From: Octopus bimaculoides
Taxonomy: Eukaryota
DNA length: 64,000 nt
Assembly (NCBI RefSeq): GCF_001194135.2
Contig: NC_068983.1
Span: forward strand, 80,358,752 to 80,422,751
Direction: 5' to 3'
Made by a program: the position numbers and the translations under genes. Below are positions 11,951-24,006 of this stretch, piece after piece; within the stretch, counting starts at the first letter, position 1, and every line of letters starts with the position of its first letter. The notes beneath the pieces are model-generated. The model did not search any database and was not told where the DNA came from. It saw only the letters and a program-made list of their open reading frames with translations.

Positions 11951-13315
11951 ACACATGTAACTCAGGAGTTATGCTGGCTGGTAGTAAAACAGGACAAGTA
12001 TAATGATTGAGATGTGGTTGTGGAGGCCATGAGTGGATGAAGAGATGGGAGTTATGGCATGGGGAAGATGTAAAAATCTGTTTCAACACACATTTTTGCA
12101 TCAAGAATCTTACAAACCAAACACAAAAAGCAAAATTATGAACATATAAACTTTGTTTTAAAGAGACAACTATAAAAATATGTTTTACATTTTGAACTGT
12201 TTAAATACTTTTGCAGTTGATGATTTTCATCATTTTGCCTTATTTTCATTGTTTTTCAAATAACTTTTTCAAATATGCCTTAATTTTTTTTCCTTAATAC
12301 ATTTATAACACTGTAACATGATTTTTGTCGTTGGGTAGCAACTATTATTTCCTAATTTGCTTACCACAAGAAAGTATGTAAAATGGCTAATATTTCCTCT
12401 AAACTTTGCTTTTGTTACTTTTATTCAGACCCCAGTGAATCCCTCTCAATATATTGCTATGATACTCCCCCTCTACATCTGCTCATGATCAGAGATGCAC
12501 ATATTGACATGCTCAAGTGGTTAAGGACAAGCAACTAACAAGCAAATTTGTGGTATTGAGCAGAATATTTGCTATAACAATATTACTGCTTCAGTGCTGA
12601 ATCTGTCTGAAATGTAATGGAAAATAGGTCAGTTTCAAAACATTGATGTCCAGGTCATAAAAGCAAAGGGAATAGCAGTCATCTCCTTTGATTTTTAGAT
12701 AGAAGCAAATAGGAAACAATGCTTACTGAGCAAAGACAAAAAGAAGATAAAAATCTTGTTACACAGTGTAATTGATTATCTCTGTTTATTTCTCTACCTT
12801 CACCTTCTCCCTTAATTCCTCTCTTTGTCTCCTCTTTTTTTCATTCCTTCTATTTTATTTTATAACTTTTATTTCTACTATACTTTTACACTTTATTATA
12901 CAGTTCTGAACTGTCTTGCTTTCATTTTTTTGTCTGTCTCTCTCTAACTACCTGGCATTTATTCTTTCTCCGCTTCCTCTTCTCTTCCTCCGTATTCTTC
13001 CCTATCTCTGATTCTTTCTCTCTCACTGTGTATGTGTGTGTAACATTCCTCACTCATTGTCTGCAACCAAGCCAAGTATGTGCACTAATCCTGAATGTCT
13101 TATGTTAACTCTCTATAGCATAAGAGTTAACTTAAGATGTTTTACTCTCTCTCTCTCTTACCTCCTCTTGCTCTGTGATGTAAAACATGACAGGAGAAGC
13201 CAACCAACCAACAAACCAACCAGTATTTATCTATCATTTTATATATGTATGCATGTGTATGCGTGTGTGTTTGTGTGTGTGTTTACACATTTGTTTTTGT
13301 ATGTATGTATGTGTG

Positions 13316-13357
<42 letters not shown>

Positions 13358-13757
13358 AATTTGCATACATACATACATGTGTGTGTGCATGGAAACAGAT
13401 TTATATGGATATAATTTACATGCTTATGAAAGTGTATATCTGTATCTGAATAATTACATGTGTATATATGGGCATATGTATGTTTATATTTTACATAATG
13501 TGTATAAATTTATTCAAATTTACATGTGTCTGTACACACATATATCAGATTCTTTTTACTTCATGTTCTCAATTTGTTTTCATATCAATCATTTAATTCT
13601 TCTTCATAATTATTATTTTTATCTTATTTATTTTATAAACAATGCACTCTTCTCATCCTTTATACTTAAACCTCTATTTTTGCATATTCCTTTATGACAT
13701 GTGTATATTAAAATCCATCTATATTTGCTATTTCTTAATTTAGAATGTAAAGGAAAT

Positions 13758-13922
13758 ATGTCTGTTTCAAGAAGAAATGGAAGTGGAAGTATATTTGGAA
13801 GTCCACCTGATATCTATTTTCAACACAAAATAACTGGTGTTACTAAAGAAATCTTGCTTGAATGGTTGTCCTCTCTTAATGATGAGAATGAAAAGAATAT
13901 TTCTGATTGTTACCCATCAATG
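13758..13922 (+). CDS. CNTD1: CNTD1/COSA-1-like cyclin-fold meiotic crossover protein, coding exon 1 (55 aa: MSVSRRNGSGSIFGSPPDIYFQHKITGVTKEILLEWLSSLNDENEKNISDCYPSM)
   Basis: Acceptor ttcttaatttAG ends at 13743; ATG at 13758 with A at -3; phase-0 donor GTACAT at 13923 joins exon 2 in frame. FQHKITGVTKEILLEWLSSLNDENEK resembles the recalled vertebrate CNTD1 N-terminus (FQFGVVATETIEDALLHLAQQNEQ). Confidence 0.8.
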
Positions 13923-14610
13923 GTACATTTTTTTCCTGTTGCATTATCTTTGAGTATTTTGTTAATTGTTAGTACTAAGTACTAATCTTCATGTAAATAA
14001 GGTTCAGGAAAAAATGGTTGTTTTCCCCAAGATATACTACATGTAAACTAAGCCTTCAAGTCATATCTCTTGAACTCAATAAGAGCAGTTATGGAACTTA
14101 AATAATATAATGTACATTAATACTGAATAACAATCTTTTGCACATGGTATGATTGCTTATTTTATCATCAAGTTCAGCATTACCCAAACAGGATTATTTG
14201 AGTGGTTACTATATCTTCTGTGAGACATAGTGGCATATATATATATATATATATATANNNNNNNNNNNNNNNNNNNNNNNNNNNNNNNNNNNNNNNNNNN
14301 NNNNNNNNNNNNNNNNNNNNNNNNNNNNNNNNNNNNNNNNNNNNNNNNNNNNNNNNNNNNNNNNNNNNNNNNNNNNNNNNNNNNNNNNNNNNNNNNNNNN
14401 NNNNNNNNNNNNNNNNNNNNNNNNNNNNNNNNNNNNNNNNNNNNNNNNNNNNNNNNNNNNNNNNNNNNNNAATCCCAAAAAGAAGAACAAACGCAAAAAA
14501 GCAACAACGCGAGGACATGGTACTTGTAAAGTATTAGCAGACGCTCAGGGAAGGAAAGAAAGATGGTTTAACATTTGAAAGATGGTTTAACATATATATA
14601 TATATGTATA

Positions 14611-15032
14611 TTCTTTTATCTGTTTCAGTCATTTGACTGCAGCCATGCTGGAGCACCAGCTTTAGTCAAACAAGTCTACCCCACAACTTACTCTTTGTAA
14701 GTCTAGTACTCATTCTATTGGTCTATTTGCCGAAATGCTAAGTTACAGGGAGGGACGTAAACACACCAGCATCGGTTGTCAAACGATGGTGGGGGGACAG
14801 ACACAGACACACAAACATACACACACACACACATATATACATATACATATACATATACATATATATATATACGATGGGCTTTTTAGTTTCTGTCTACCAA
14901 ATCCACTCACAAGGCTTTGGTCAGCCTGAGGGTATCGTAGAAGACACTTGCCCAAGGTGCCACACTGTGGGACTGAACCCAGTACCATGTGGTTGGTAAG
15001 CAAGCTACTTTCCATACAGTAACACCTGCACC
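14611..15032 (-). mobile_element. tRNA-derived CORE-like SINE, near full length
   Basis: Same family as 36016-36476, in reverse orientation. Confidence 0.85.
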
Positions 15033-15037
15033 TATTA

Positions 15038-15096
<59 letters not shown>

Positions 15097-15167
15097 TTAT
15101 ATACATATATATGTATATATGTATGTATATGTATATATATATGTATGTATATATATGTATATATATA

Positions 15168-16142
15168 CACGGTGCGTAAGGTATCTGAAGACATACCTTT
15201 TTTGGGTCAATGCTGCATTTTTTGCTAACTCTGTATGATCTTTGTTTCAGAAAATAATAATGGCAGACTCTCACCTTACTCAAGAAATGAAGAGTCATGC
15301 TGTTATTGTGGTTATAAAAGCTGAGCATAGTGATCTAGAAATATCTCGAATTTTAAAAGTTGCTAGATCTTTCATCTACAAAGTTTGTAAGGAACTAGAG
15401 ACTGAAGATGGAAAAGTATCACCAGTATCAAAGCATAAAAAGCATTCTAAATGCTCTGAAATCATCAGAACATCTGAATTTATCCAGCAAGTTCAACAGA
15501 CCATTGATTACAATCCCAGAAAGTCCATGAGGCCAATTGCAAAAGATCTCCATGTGTCAGAAGGAACAGTCAGAAATGTTGTCCACGAAGACATCAGATG
15601 GAAGTCATATATGATGAAGAAAGGTCAATTTGTCAGAAAAACAAAAGAAAATTACTACATCAGATCTAAAAGGCTCTTAAACAAACTGAAAAATCCAGCA
15701 GAAGAAGATTTGATTTGGATTTTCTCAAATGAGAAAAGCTTTGACCAAGAACAAAAAGTTAACAGAAGAAATGACAGATGGTTATGTGCAGACCGTTCTG
15801 AAGTTCCAAGTGTTATGCATACAAAATTTCCTTCAACTGTCATGATTTTAGGGGTTGTCAACAATGAAGGACATGTGATGTCTCCTTACTTCTTTCCACA
15901 AGGTCTTAGTGTTAACTCTGCTGCCTACTTTGAGGTCCTGGAAATAATTGTTAAGCCTTGGATAGACAGTATATGCAATGGAAGGCCATATGTGTTTCAG
16001 TAAGACTCTGCACTATCACACATGGCTGTAGTAACACAGGAATGGATGGCTGAAAATTTTCATGATCACATAACACCTAGCATTTGGCCTCCTAATTCCC
16101 CAGATCTCAATCCATTGGACTATTACATGTGGAGCATTGTTG
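15168..16142 (+). mobile_element. Tc1/mariner maT (DD37D) transposase pseudogene, 3' truncated
   Basis: Begins TA|CACGGTG. ORF 15242-16003 has HTH-like regions and FSNEK (first catalytic D changed to N); a TAA at 16001 is followed in frame by DSALSH...WPPNSPDLNPLDYYMW, with 37 residues between the second and third Asp. Confidence 0.9.
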
Positions 16143-16144
16143 CC

Positions 16145-16430
16145 ATCAAGTAGATTACTGGAACTTTGGCTACTATGACTAAATTTGGGTTGAATACAGA
16201 AGTGGTTTCCCACTGTCTTCTCCAAGCTGGTGGGATTTGAACTTAGAATGTAGAGAGCTGGAAGATATGTCATGAAGCATTTGTGCCGACATGCCAAATA
16301 ATTCTGCCACCCTTCCACCCACAGAGCAACATGAAAGGAAGTGTTTTGCTCAAGAACACAATGCACCACCCAGTCTAGCAATCAAACCTGCAATTTAGCA
16401 ATCATAAGTGCAACACCCTAATCATTAGGC
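16145..16430 (-). mobile_element. Decayed tRNA-derived SINE truncating the maT copy
   Basis: ggtgggatttgaacttagaatgtagag B-box-like segment and gcaatcaaacctgca...aatcattaggc head-like segment, both in reverse orientation. Confidence 0.5.
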
Positions 16431-16448
16431 CTCGCACCTTCACACACG

Positions 16449-16564
<116 letters not shown>

Positions 16565-17755
16565 AATTAGATGGAAATGCATTTTTGAGTTATTTTTATG
16601 TTTAATTCTATATTCACAATTTTATAATACATGCACTGCATATTCCTGAAGGTGGAAAAATCCTGGCATCTGTTGGTAGTTAAGGGAGGCTGTGAAGAAA
16701 ATATGACATCTTCAGGAATAAGGGAAATTGAATTAAAGCAAGAGCCTGATTATTGGAAACTTTCTCAAAATTTCAATGTGGTATCTGATGATATAATCGG
16801 TGCCAAATCTATCTAAGATAGTTTAATGATTTGTTTAACTTTATGGGAAAGATTAAAAAAAAAATTAATAATAAAAAAATAATTAATAAAAATACATATT
16901 TGTGTGTAGTGATTCACAGGGACACAAAAGGTAGTTCAAGGATTCCCCAAGCGTAAAAAAATGGTTGGGAAATTCTGATCTAGATTAGAATTTATTATTA
17001 TATCAATATGAACTAACATTTTTAGCAGCTCTCTGTTGTTACATGTTTAATGTATTGCAATATCATATATGTGTGTGTCTTAATTTATAAACAAAATATC
17101 AACGTTGAAAGAGGAATTTAAAAAATAACATGGAACACAAAAACGGATAATACTTTTTTAATGATTTCAGAAATGTTTTCAGAATAATTTTGAACATTTT
17201 CATCTAATAGGTTTCTTCTACTATATTGATTCTTTAATATTTGTGTAGATAATACACAATCACAGCAATAACAATGAAAATTACTTATATATTTCTTTCA
17301 TCAGAAACTGTTTCATAGATATTATTGAAAATGGATTGTATTAAAGCTCCTACAAAGTATATGTATGTGTGCACACATGTATGCATGTGTGTGTATGCTC
17401 ATATATGTATATACATATGTATATATATGGATGTATACAAATATAAATATATATGTTTACACCCTCACACACACACACATCATCATCATCATCATCAACA
17501 CTTAATGTTCACTTTGCATGCTGGCATGTGTTAGATAGTTTGATAGGAGCTGGCTAGGCAGTAGTTTGCACCGTGCTTCACTGTCTGTTTCGGCATAGTT
17601 TTTACAGCTGGATGCCATTTCTAACACCAGCCACTCCACAGAGTGGATTGTGTACATATGTGTGTGTGTGTGTGTGTGTATGTATATGTGTGTGTGTGAG
17701 TGTATGTATATGTATCTACAGATGTATGTATGTATATATATATAATATGTATATA

Positions 17756-17802
<47 letters not shown>

Positions 17803-17850
17803 TATATGCATATGTATATGTACATGCCTACATCTATACGTATATATAAT

Positions 17851-18425
17851 ATAAGCATTCGTGGGCACAGGACATCATAAAACGTGTACAACAAAAAAAT
17901 ACGAAGCATAAATACATGGGACATGAACTATTCTTTTGAACAACGAAAGACACAAATGGAAAACAAAACAAACAACATAAAGAACGACCCTTCATCAGTT
18001 ATTGGCTGTTTTTCTAGTCTCGTATTTCGAGCGTTTAACATCAATATACGCTTTCGATGAAACAGTTGCTCCCACAAAGCAAATTAAATAAAATTTGGGA
18101 TTTTTGCGAAAGATCAAAATAGGTAACGCAAGCAGGACAGTGAAAACAAACAGGAAGTGTTGCTAAGCCTAAACGAGGTTGTGGTGGCAAACACGTAAAT
18201 CAAGCGTGGACAGGAGACAAACAAGAACACGTCGTCCTTGTTCCAACTACAACGTGGGACTAGAAAAACTGCCAACAACTGATGAAGGGTCGTTCTTTAT
18301 GTTGTTTGTTTTGTTTTCCATTCGTGTCTTTCGTTGTTCAAAAGAATAGTTCATGTTCCATGTACTCGTGCTTCATATTTTTTGTTGTACTTGTTTTATG
18401 ACGTCCTGTGCCCACGTATGCTTAT
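17851..18425. repeat. Inverted repeat with ~170-bp arms around a ~235-bp spacer; probable Penelope-derived terminal repeat structure or MITE
   Basis: 17851-18020 is the reverse complement of 18257-18425 with few mismatches. The arms contain CTGATGAAGGG and the homology extends into the flanking TA-rich tracts. Confidence 0.85.
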
Positions 18426-18699
18426 ATATATATATATATACGTATAGATATAGGTATGTACATATACGTATATATATATATATGCATATATNNNNNNNNN
18501 NNNNNNNNNNNNNNNNNNNNNNNNNNNNNNNNNNNNNNNNNNNNNNNNNNNNNNNNNNNNNNNNNNNNNNNNNNNNNNNNNNNNNNNNNNNNNNNNATAT
18601 ATATATATATACAAGGTATGTGTGTGAGTGTGTACATATATATAAGTGTATACTAGGTATTCAATGACAGATGTATGTAAGTGATGTTGAAGTTTATAA

Positions 18700-20325
18700 A
18701 TGCAGTCACTTTACCAGTATACAGTCTCTAGTTCTTCAGAATCAGTTACAATGGGGTGGTCTTTGTGATGAGGATGGATGATAATTGAATCATCTAACAA
18801 TTCATATATGGTGAGCTAGCCCTGGGTAAAATTCCCTGAATGTTGAATAGGTACATGCTATACACTGACATCCCCTCTTGTCCCTCCCCTCTTGTCCCTT
18901 CCCCTCTTGTCCCTTCCCCTCTTGTCCCCTTCCGAGAACCACTATAATTCCTCATTCTCTTTCTCCACCCATGCTCTCTCCCCTCTGCTAGACTCCATCC
19001 TCAGAATGACTCCCATTCTTCACTATTTTCCTCCAGCCATGATCTCTCTCCTCTCTAGCTATGCTCCATCCATCAATCCATCCACCTCTTTCATCTCCTA
19101 TCTTTCTCAATGCCCTCACATATCTAACATAAACCCTATCTTTGAGCCCCTCCTTTACCTTTCACCTTCAATTACTACAGCCACTTCTGTCTCATCAAAC
19201 CATCTCCCCTCACATTCTTATGAATTTTTTCCCTCTATCCCTCTATCACTTCACCTGTACCCCCCCCCCCCNNNNNNNNNNNNNNNNNNNNNNNNNNNNN
19301 NNNNNNNNNCCCCACATCCCATGCTCTGAGGCTGTATCCTGACCTATCTACCTATATCTCTCTTACTCTTCCTATTTCTATCTATCTCTCTAAGTTTTCT
19401 TCTCCCTTCTACAACTGGGATATCCTTGTATCTCTTCTACAGTAAGACTCCTATCTGTAACCTTCTATTATTCTTTAAACTTCTCATCAACTGGTACAAA
19501 GCCACCTCCCTCAATACTAATACCTCCAGTTAAGAGGACTTTGTCTTCTCGTGCATGGTACTTGGTGACCCTGCTGGTGCTAGTGCCAGGAAAAATAAAT
19601 CACTCAGTATTCTCTGTAAAGTGGTTGACATTAGGAACAGCATCCAGCCATAGAAGCTATTCCACAACAGACAACAGAACTTGGCATAGCCCTCTGGTTT
19701 GCCAACTCTTGTCAAACCATCCAACCCATGCCTGCATGGAAAATGGATGTTAAGTGATGATGATGATGAGTTAGCCCTGGGTAAAAGACCAGCACACAAA
19801 CTGGAATTAAGGCAGAAGGACTGCAAGAAGAATATACTGGAGAAGGTGAAGATCTTTGAAGATGGATGGGGAGTGGGGAAACCTTGCTCTATTAACCATG
19901 GAGGATAATACTGAATAATGTGAGGAGAGAATTCAAACAAAATTGAATTGAGCATAGACATCTCAAGAGAGATGTTTGCAAGGATCTTGATGTAAATTTG
20001 CTTGAGAATGTTGGCACACAGCTCAATTCAACAAGTGTCAGCATGTCTGTTTAAGTGAGACAGGCTTTAGAAGTCATCATTGGAGTTACACATACAGAGA
20101 AGTTGTTAACTATGCATTATACAGCATTTCTACTTGAAGGAGTATGCAAAAGAATGTGTATCAAGAGATGATCTGAGACGTCATATGAAAGTTCATGAAA
20201 ATGATACTAGAACATCTACGACAAGAGGTGTCCATCATTGCTACATCTATACAAAAGAGTATAAATCCCTTGCAAGTCTGAAAAGTCACATCTGTGCTGC
20301 ACATTTTTTAAAAGAGAATAATTAA
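18700..20325 (+). mobile_element. Decayed RTE LINE C-terminus with three C2H2-like zinc fingers, split by an insertion at 18832-19766
   Basis: SIQSLVLQNQLQWGG.VMRMDDN*II*QFIYGELALGK | KRPAHKLELRQKDCKKNIL...CQHVCLSETGFRSH / KECVSRDDLRRHMKVH / YKSLASLKSHICAAH. Confidence 0.75.
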
Positions 20326-20379
20326 GTGATGGTATTACTCAAAATTGAATTGCAGTCATCATGTATATATATATATGTA

Positions 20380-20398
<19 letters not shown>

Positions 20399-20418
<20 letters not shown>

Positions 20419-21025
20419 TTAACGTCCGCCTTCCATGCTAGCATGGGTTGGACGATTTGACTGAGGACTGGCAAACCAGATGGCTACACCAGGCTCCAAT
20501 CTGATTTGGCAGAGTTTCTACAGCTGGATGCCCTTTTTACCGCCAACCACTCCGAGAGTGTAGTGGGTGCTTTTACGTGCCACCGGCACGAAGGCCAGTC
20601 AAGCGGTACTGGCAACGGCCATGCTCAAAATGATGTATTTTACATGCCACCTGCACAGGAGCCAGTCCAGCGGAACTAGCAACGACCTTGCTCGAATGTC
20701 TTTTCACGTGCCACTGGCACAAGTGCCAGTAAGGCGATGCTGGTAACAATCACACTCAAATGGTGTTTTTACGTGCCACTGGCATGGAAGCCAGACAGCT
20801 GCTCTAGCAACGATCATGCTCGGACAGTGCTCTTAGCGCTCCACTGGTACAGGTGCCATCACGATTTCACTTGCCCCAACAAGTCTTCGCAAGCCGAGTT
20901 TAGTGTCCAATGAAGGAAAGGTACACATAAGTGGGCTGGCTACACCCCTGGCAGAGGCCTTGGATTATGGTCTCACTTGGCTTGCCGGGTCTTCTCACGC
21001 ACAGCATATTTCCAAAGGTCTCGGT
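20399..21025 (-). mobile_element. RTE LINE 3' end (last codons, 3' UTR with internal tandem array, (GAT)n tail)
   Basis: Minus strand begins DRDLWKYAVREKTRQAK*. About 4.5 copies of a ~64-bp unit lie at 20572-20850. The terminal ~170 bp is shared with copies at 25760-25937, 31530-31706 and 37694-37785. Confidence 0.8.
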
Positions 21026-21249
21026 CACAAATATAAATATATATATATAATGTGTATATATATGTAAATGTATGTGTATGTATATGTCAATCCTACCTGT
21101 GGTATATAGGCAGAGATAACTGTCACTGTTAAGTTGCATATAACTAGTCTCATCTTAATTATCCTATTGCACACCTTGTCTACCTCAGTTACTTTATCCA
21201 TTTCTCAACTAACAGTATGCCTACTCCAGTCCTGCTCTCACTATTACTC

Positions 21250-21420
21250 ATTCAAAACAATTTCTGTTCTCATTTGTCTGTGAGGAGTTTTGGTTGAGGA
21301 TCTTTTCTATCTTACCTCTTGTACACAGCACTCATCCACTTGTTTCTGCTCCAGCATCTCCACAATCTCACTAGACCTACCTTTCATCATGCCTGTATTT
21401 CTGGCTGTAGCACTAAAGTT
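21250..21420 (-). mobile_element. RTE LINE apurinic endonuclease N-terminal fragment
   Basis: NTGMMKGRSSEIVEMLEQKQVDECCVQEVR* corresponds to NVGTL.GRS.EIVEML.RR.VD.CC.QE.RW. Confidence 0.7.
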
Positions 21421-22790
21421 TTGGAATTTACAGGAAGTGGGGAGGGGTGTGTCTCTCTAATGGAAAGGCTGTTTGTTTTTGGTTCATTGCTGCTTGAAGA
21501 TATCTGTACCTGTGAAGAATAAGAAAAGTTATGTTTTGGTTTGCTAGCAGTTGTGCTTTGGTTTACTGGCAGATTTATGCACATTATCATATTTGTCCTT
21601 TCATTTAATTTGCTATCATTCAGTCGTTTATTCATTTTAGAACACTTGTTGCATATTCTAAAACAAGTGCTGCTTGCAAGTATTATCATCAGCATTATTG
21701 TTTAACGTCTGCTTTCCACGTTGGCATGTGTTTGATGGTTTAACAGGAGCTGACCTGCTGCAGAGCTGTCCAGACTCCAATTGTTTGTTTTGGCATGGTT
21801 TCTATGGCTGGATCCACTTTCTAACTACCAACCACTTTACAGAGTATGCTGGGTGTTGTTTACATGCCACTAACATGGGTGTGTATATATAGCACCAGCA
21901 CAAGTGCATTATATGTGGCACTGGCACCTACAAAACAAAGACCTCTCAGCTGGGACAGGGAATGGAGGCATGGCCATAAAGGACATGCCTGTATGTATGG
22001 ATGGCTGAAGTAAGTATTCCTAATATCATTAGCATTACTGATGTTATGCATATTTACTTTGATGTCTTATTCATTTACAACCTTTGGCAGGATGCTGATA
22101 GGAGACAGGGAAGTAGTACCTGGTACACAAAGCATATAATATATAGGGGAATACAGTTACAGAAGTGGGAGGTTGAGATTTTTATGTATCAGGGGAAACT
22201 AGAAGGAAGATTTTAAGTATAGGTAGAGGGGGTGGGATTGCTGAGTGTGTCATGCATAAGTGAACCCCAAACTTTTATGACAGAGAGAGAAATATAGATT
22301 ATTAATGAGAGAGGAGAAAGTATTTATTATTAAAGAGAACAAAAAGAGATATATTAAGGGGACAAAACAAGGGGTAACTTTAAAATAGTGAATGGATGTG
22401 ACAAAATTAAAGATAGGAAAAACATAAAATAATGCCTTCTTATCTTAGTAAATACATAGTATGTGTGTGTGTGTGTGTGTGTGTGTGTTTGTGTTTGTGT
22501 GTGTGTGATTAACTTGCTGTTAACTTTTATTTAAGCTTTTCACTGGGTTTGTAGAAACTCAGGTTAGTAAACATAATAAATGTTTTTATGTCTATAGAAA
22601 AATATTTGTCTTGATTTCTTCCATTAAACTCTTTCAACATACAAAGTATTCTTTCTATAAATAACAACTTCAAACATCAATTTTACTTCTCATTTTAAGA
22701 TGTTGCAAGTTTTACTGAGAATTCAGTCTCATTGATAACTGCTTTATGCATGTACATAGAGAGTTAATGCTGTGCAACATGTGCGTGTGT

Positions 22791-22831
<41 letters not shown>

Positions 22832-22999
22832 CACATACACACACACACACATGCACACGCACATGTACATGCACACACACGTCCCACCCACTTAAACTTT
22901 AGCAATAGTTGGATACTAACTTGATGATTTAATCTGTGTTGAACATTTCTGATAAACTGATTAATAAACTATCATGGTATTATTACAATTAAATTACAG

Positions 23000-23103
23000 G
23001 GTATTTTTAAATATGGTGAATTTGCTGAATTTATATTTTTGACATGTGAAAAGTTCAAACTTTCTGATGAAGTTCGTTATCTTGCAGTAGAATTATTTGA
23101 CAG
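23000..23103 (+). CDS. CNTD1: CNTD1 coding exon 2 (GIFKYGEFAEFIFLTCEKFKLSDEVRYLAVELFD-R)
   Basis: tacAG acceptor at 22998-22999 and AG|GTATGT donor at 23104; 104 nt (phase 0 in, phase 2 out). Cyclin-box motif YLAVELFDR corresponds to recalled human YQAVEILER. Confidence 0.92.
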
Positions 23104-23483
23104 GTATGTTTATTACATTATTGGCTTTCAATTCTTGATACAATGGTAGAATGGCAGGAATGATAGAATGCTAGACTAAATGCCTTAGAATTTAATCATA
23201 TACCTTAGAGTGTTATCATATTTAAAGTAGCGAGCATTAAAAAGCTAATTAAACATAATTATGTAACAAGAACATTACTTTGCTCTCCAAGTTAAGACAC
23301 CCAGTGAAGTCAGATTTCTCCAGTCATGTACAAGGATCAGCTCATTTGATGATCTTCCATGTCAAGGAATCTGTGAACTTATATCAATGTGCAAAAACAT
23401 TTATTATTTATTGAACACTAAATAATTGTCAAATATGCAAATCACGTTTTGATTGAAGAGATTATTTCTAGTTATGTATGCTG

Positions 23484-23734
23484 TTTATATTGGTCAGATT
23501 GATGTCTTCATCTTGATTCTTGCTCTCACTAGATTTTGACTGAAGTACGCTCCAGCCTTCTTCAGGTGTCTTGTGTTGAACTTGGTTGTTGTATCAGGAG
23601 TTTTTGAATCTACAACTTGGTTGTTGTATTAGAATTTTGAGCTCAAGACACCTGAAGAAGTCTGGAACATACAAAAGCTGAAATGTAGTGAAAGCAACAA
23701 TCAAGATGAGGATACCAATCCAACTAATATAAAT
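23484..23734. repeat. Inverted pair (~90-bp arms) of decayed hammerhead-containing Penelope-type terminal repeats
   Basis: 23484-23573 and 23644-23734 are imperfect reverse complements and each carries CCTGAAGAAG. The spacer holds two copies of aacttggttgttgtat. Confidence 0.75.
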
Positions 23735-24006
23735 GGTATACATAAGTTCTTTATTTCAGATATATAGAATTGCATTATTTTTAGTTGTCTATATTCTACA
23801 TCATGATTTGTGAACAATAGCTTTGTTGGTTAGAATACAGATTTCCAGTTGACTAATCACTGGTTCGCGACACTGATAAGGGATTATCACTTGATATTAT
23901 TTTGATTTCTTGCTAATGTTTTTAATTTACTGATGTACATTGGCAAAAGGTATACACATATATGGGTGCAGGTGTAGCTGTCTGGTAAGACGCTTGCTTC
24001 CCTCTT

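Noticed and set aside
15242-16003. Active or domesticated transposase
   Set aside because: The first catalytic Asp is Asn, there is a stop before the second Asp, and the C-terminus and right TIR are lost.
20134-20325. C2H2 zinc-finger gene exon
   Set aside because: Key Cys residues are mutated and the fingers directly follow RTE ORF2 motifs, so they belong to the LINE C-terminus.
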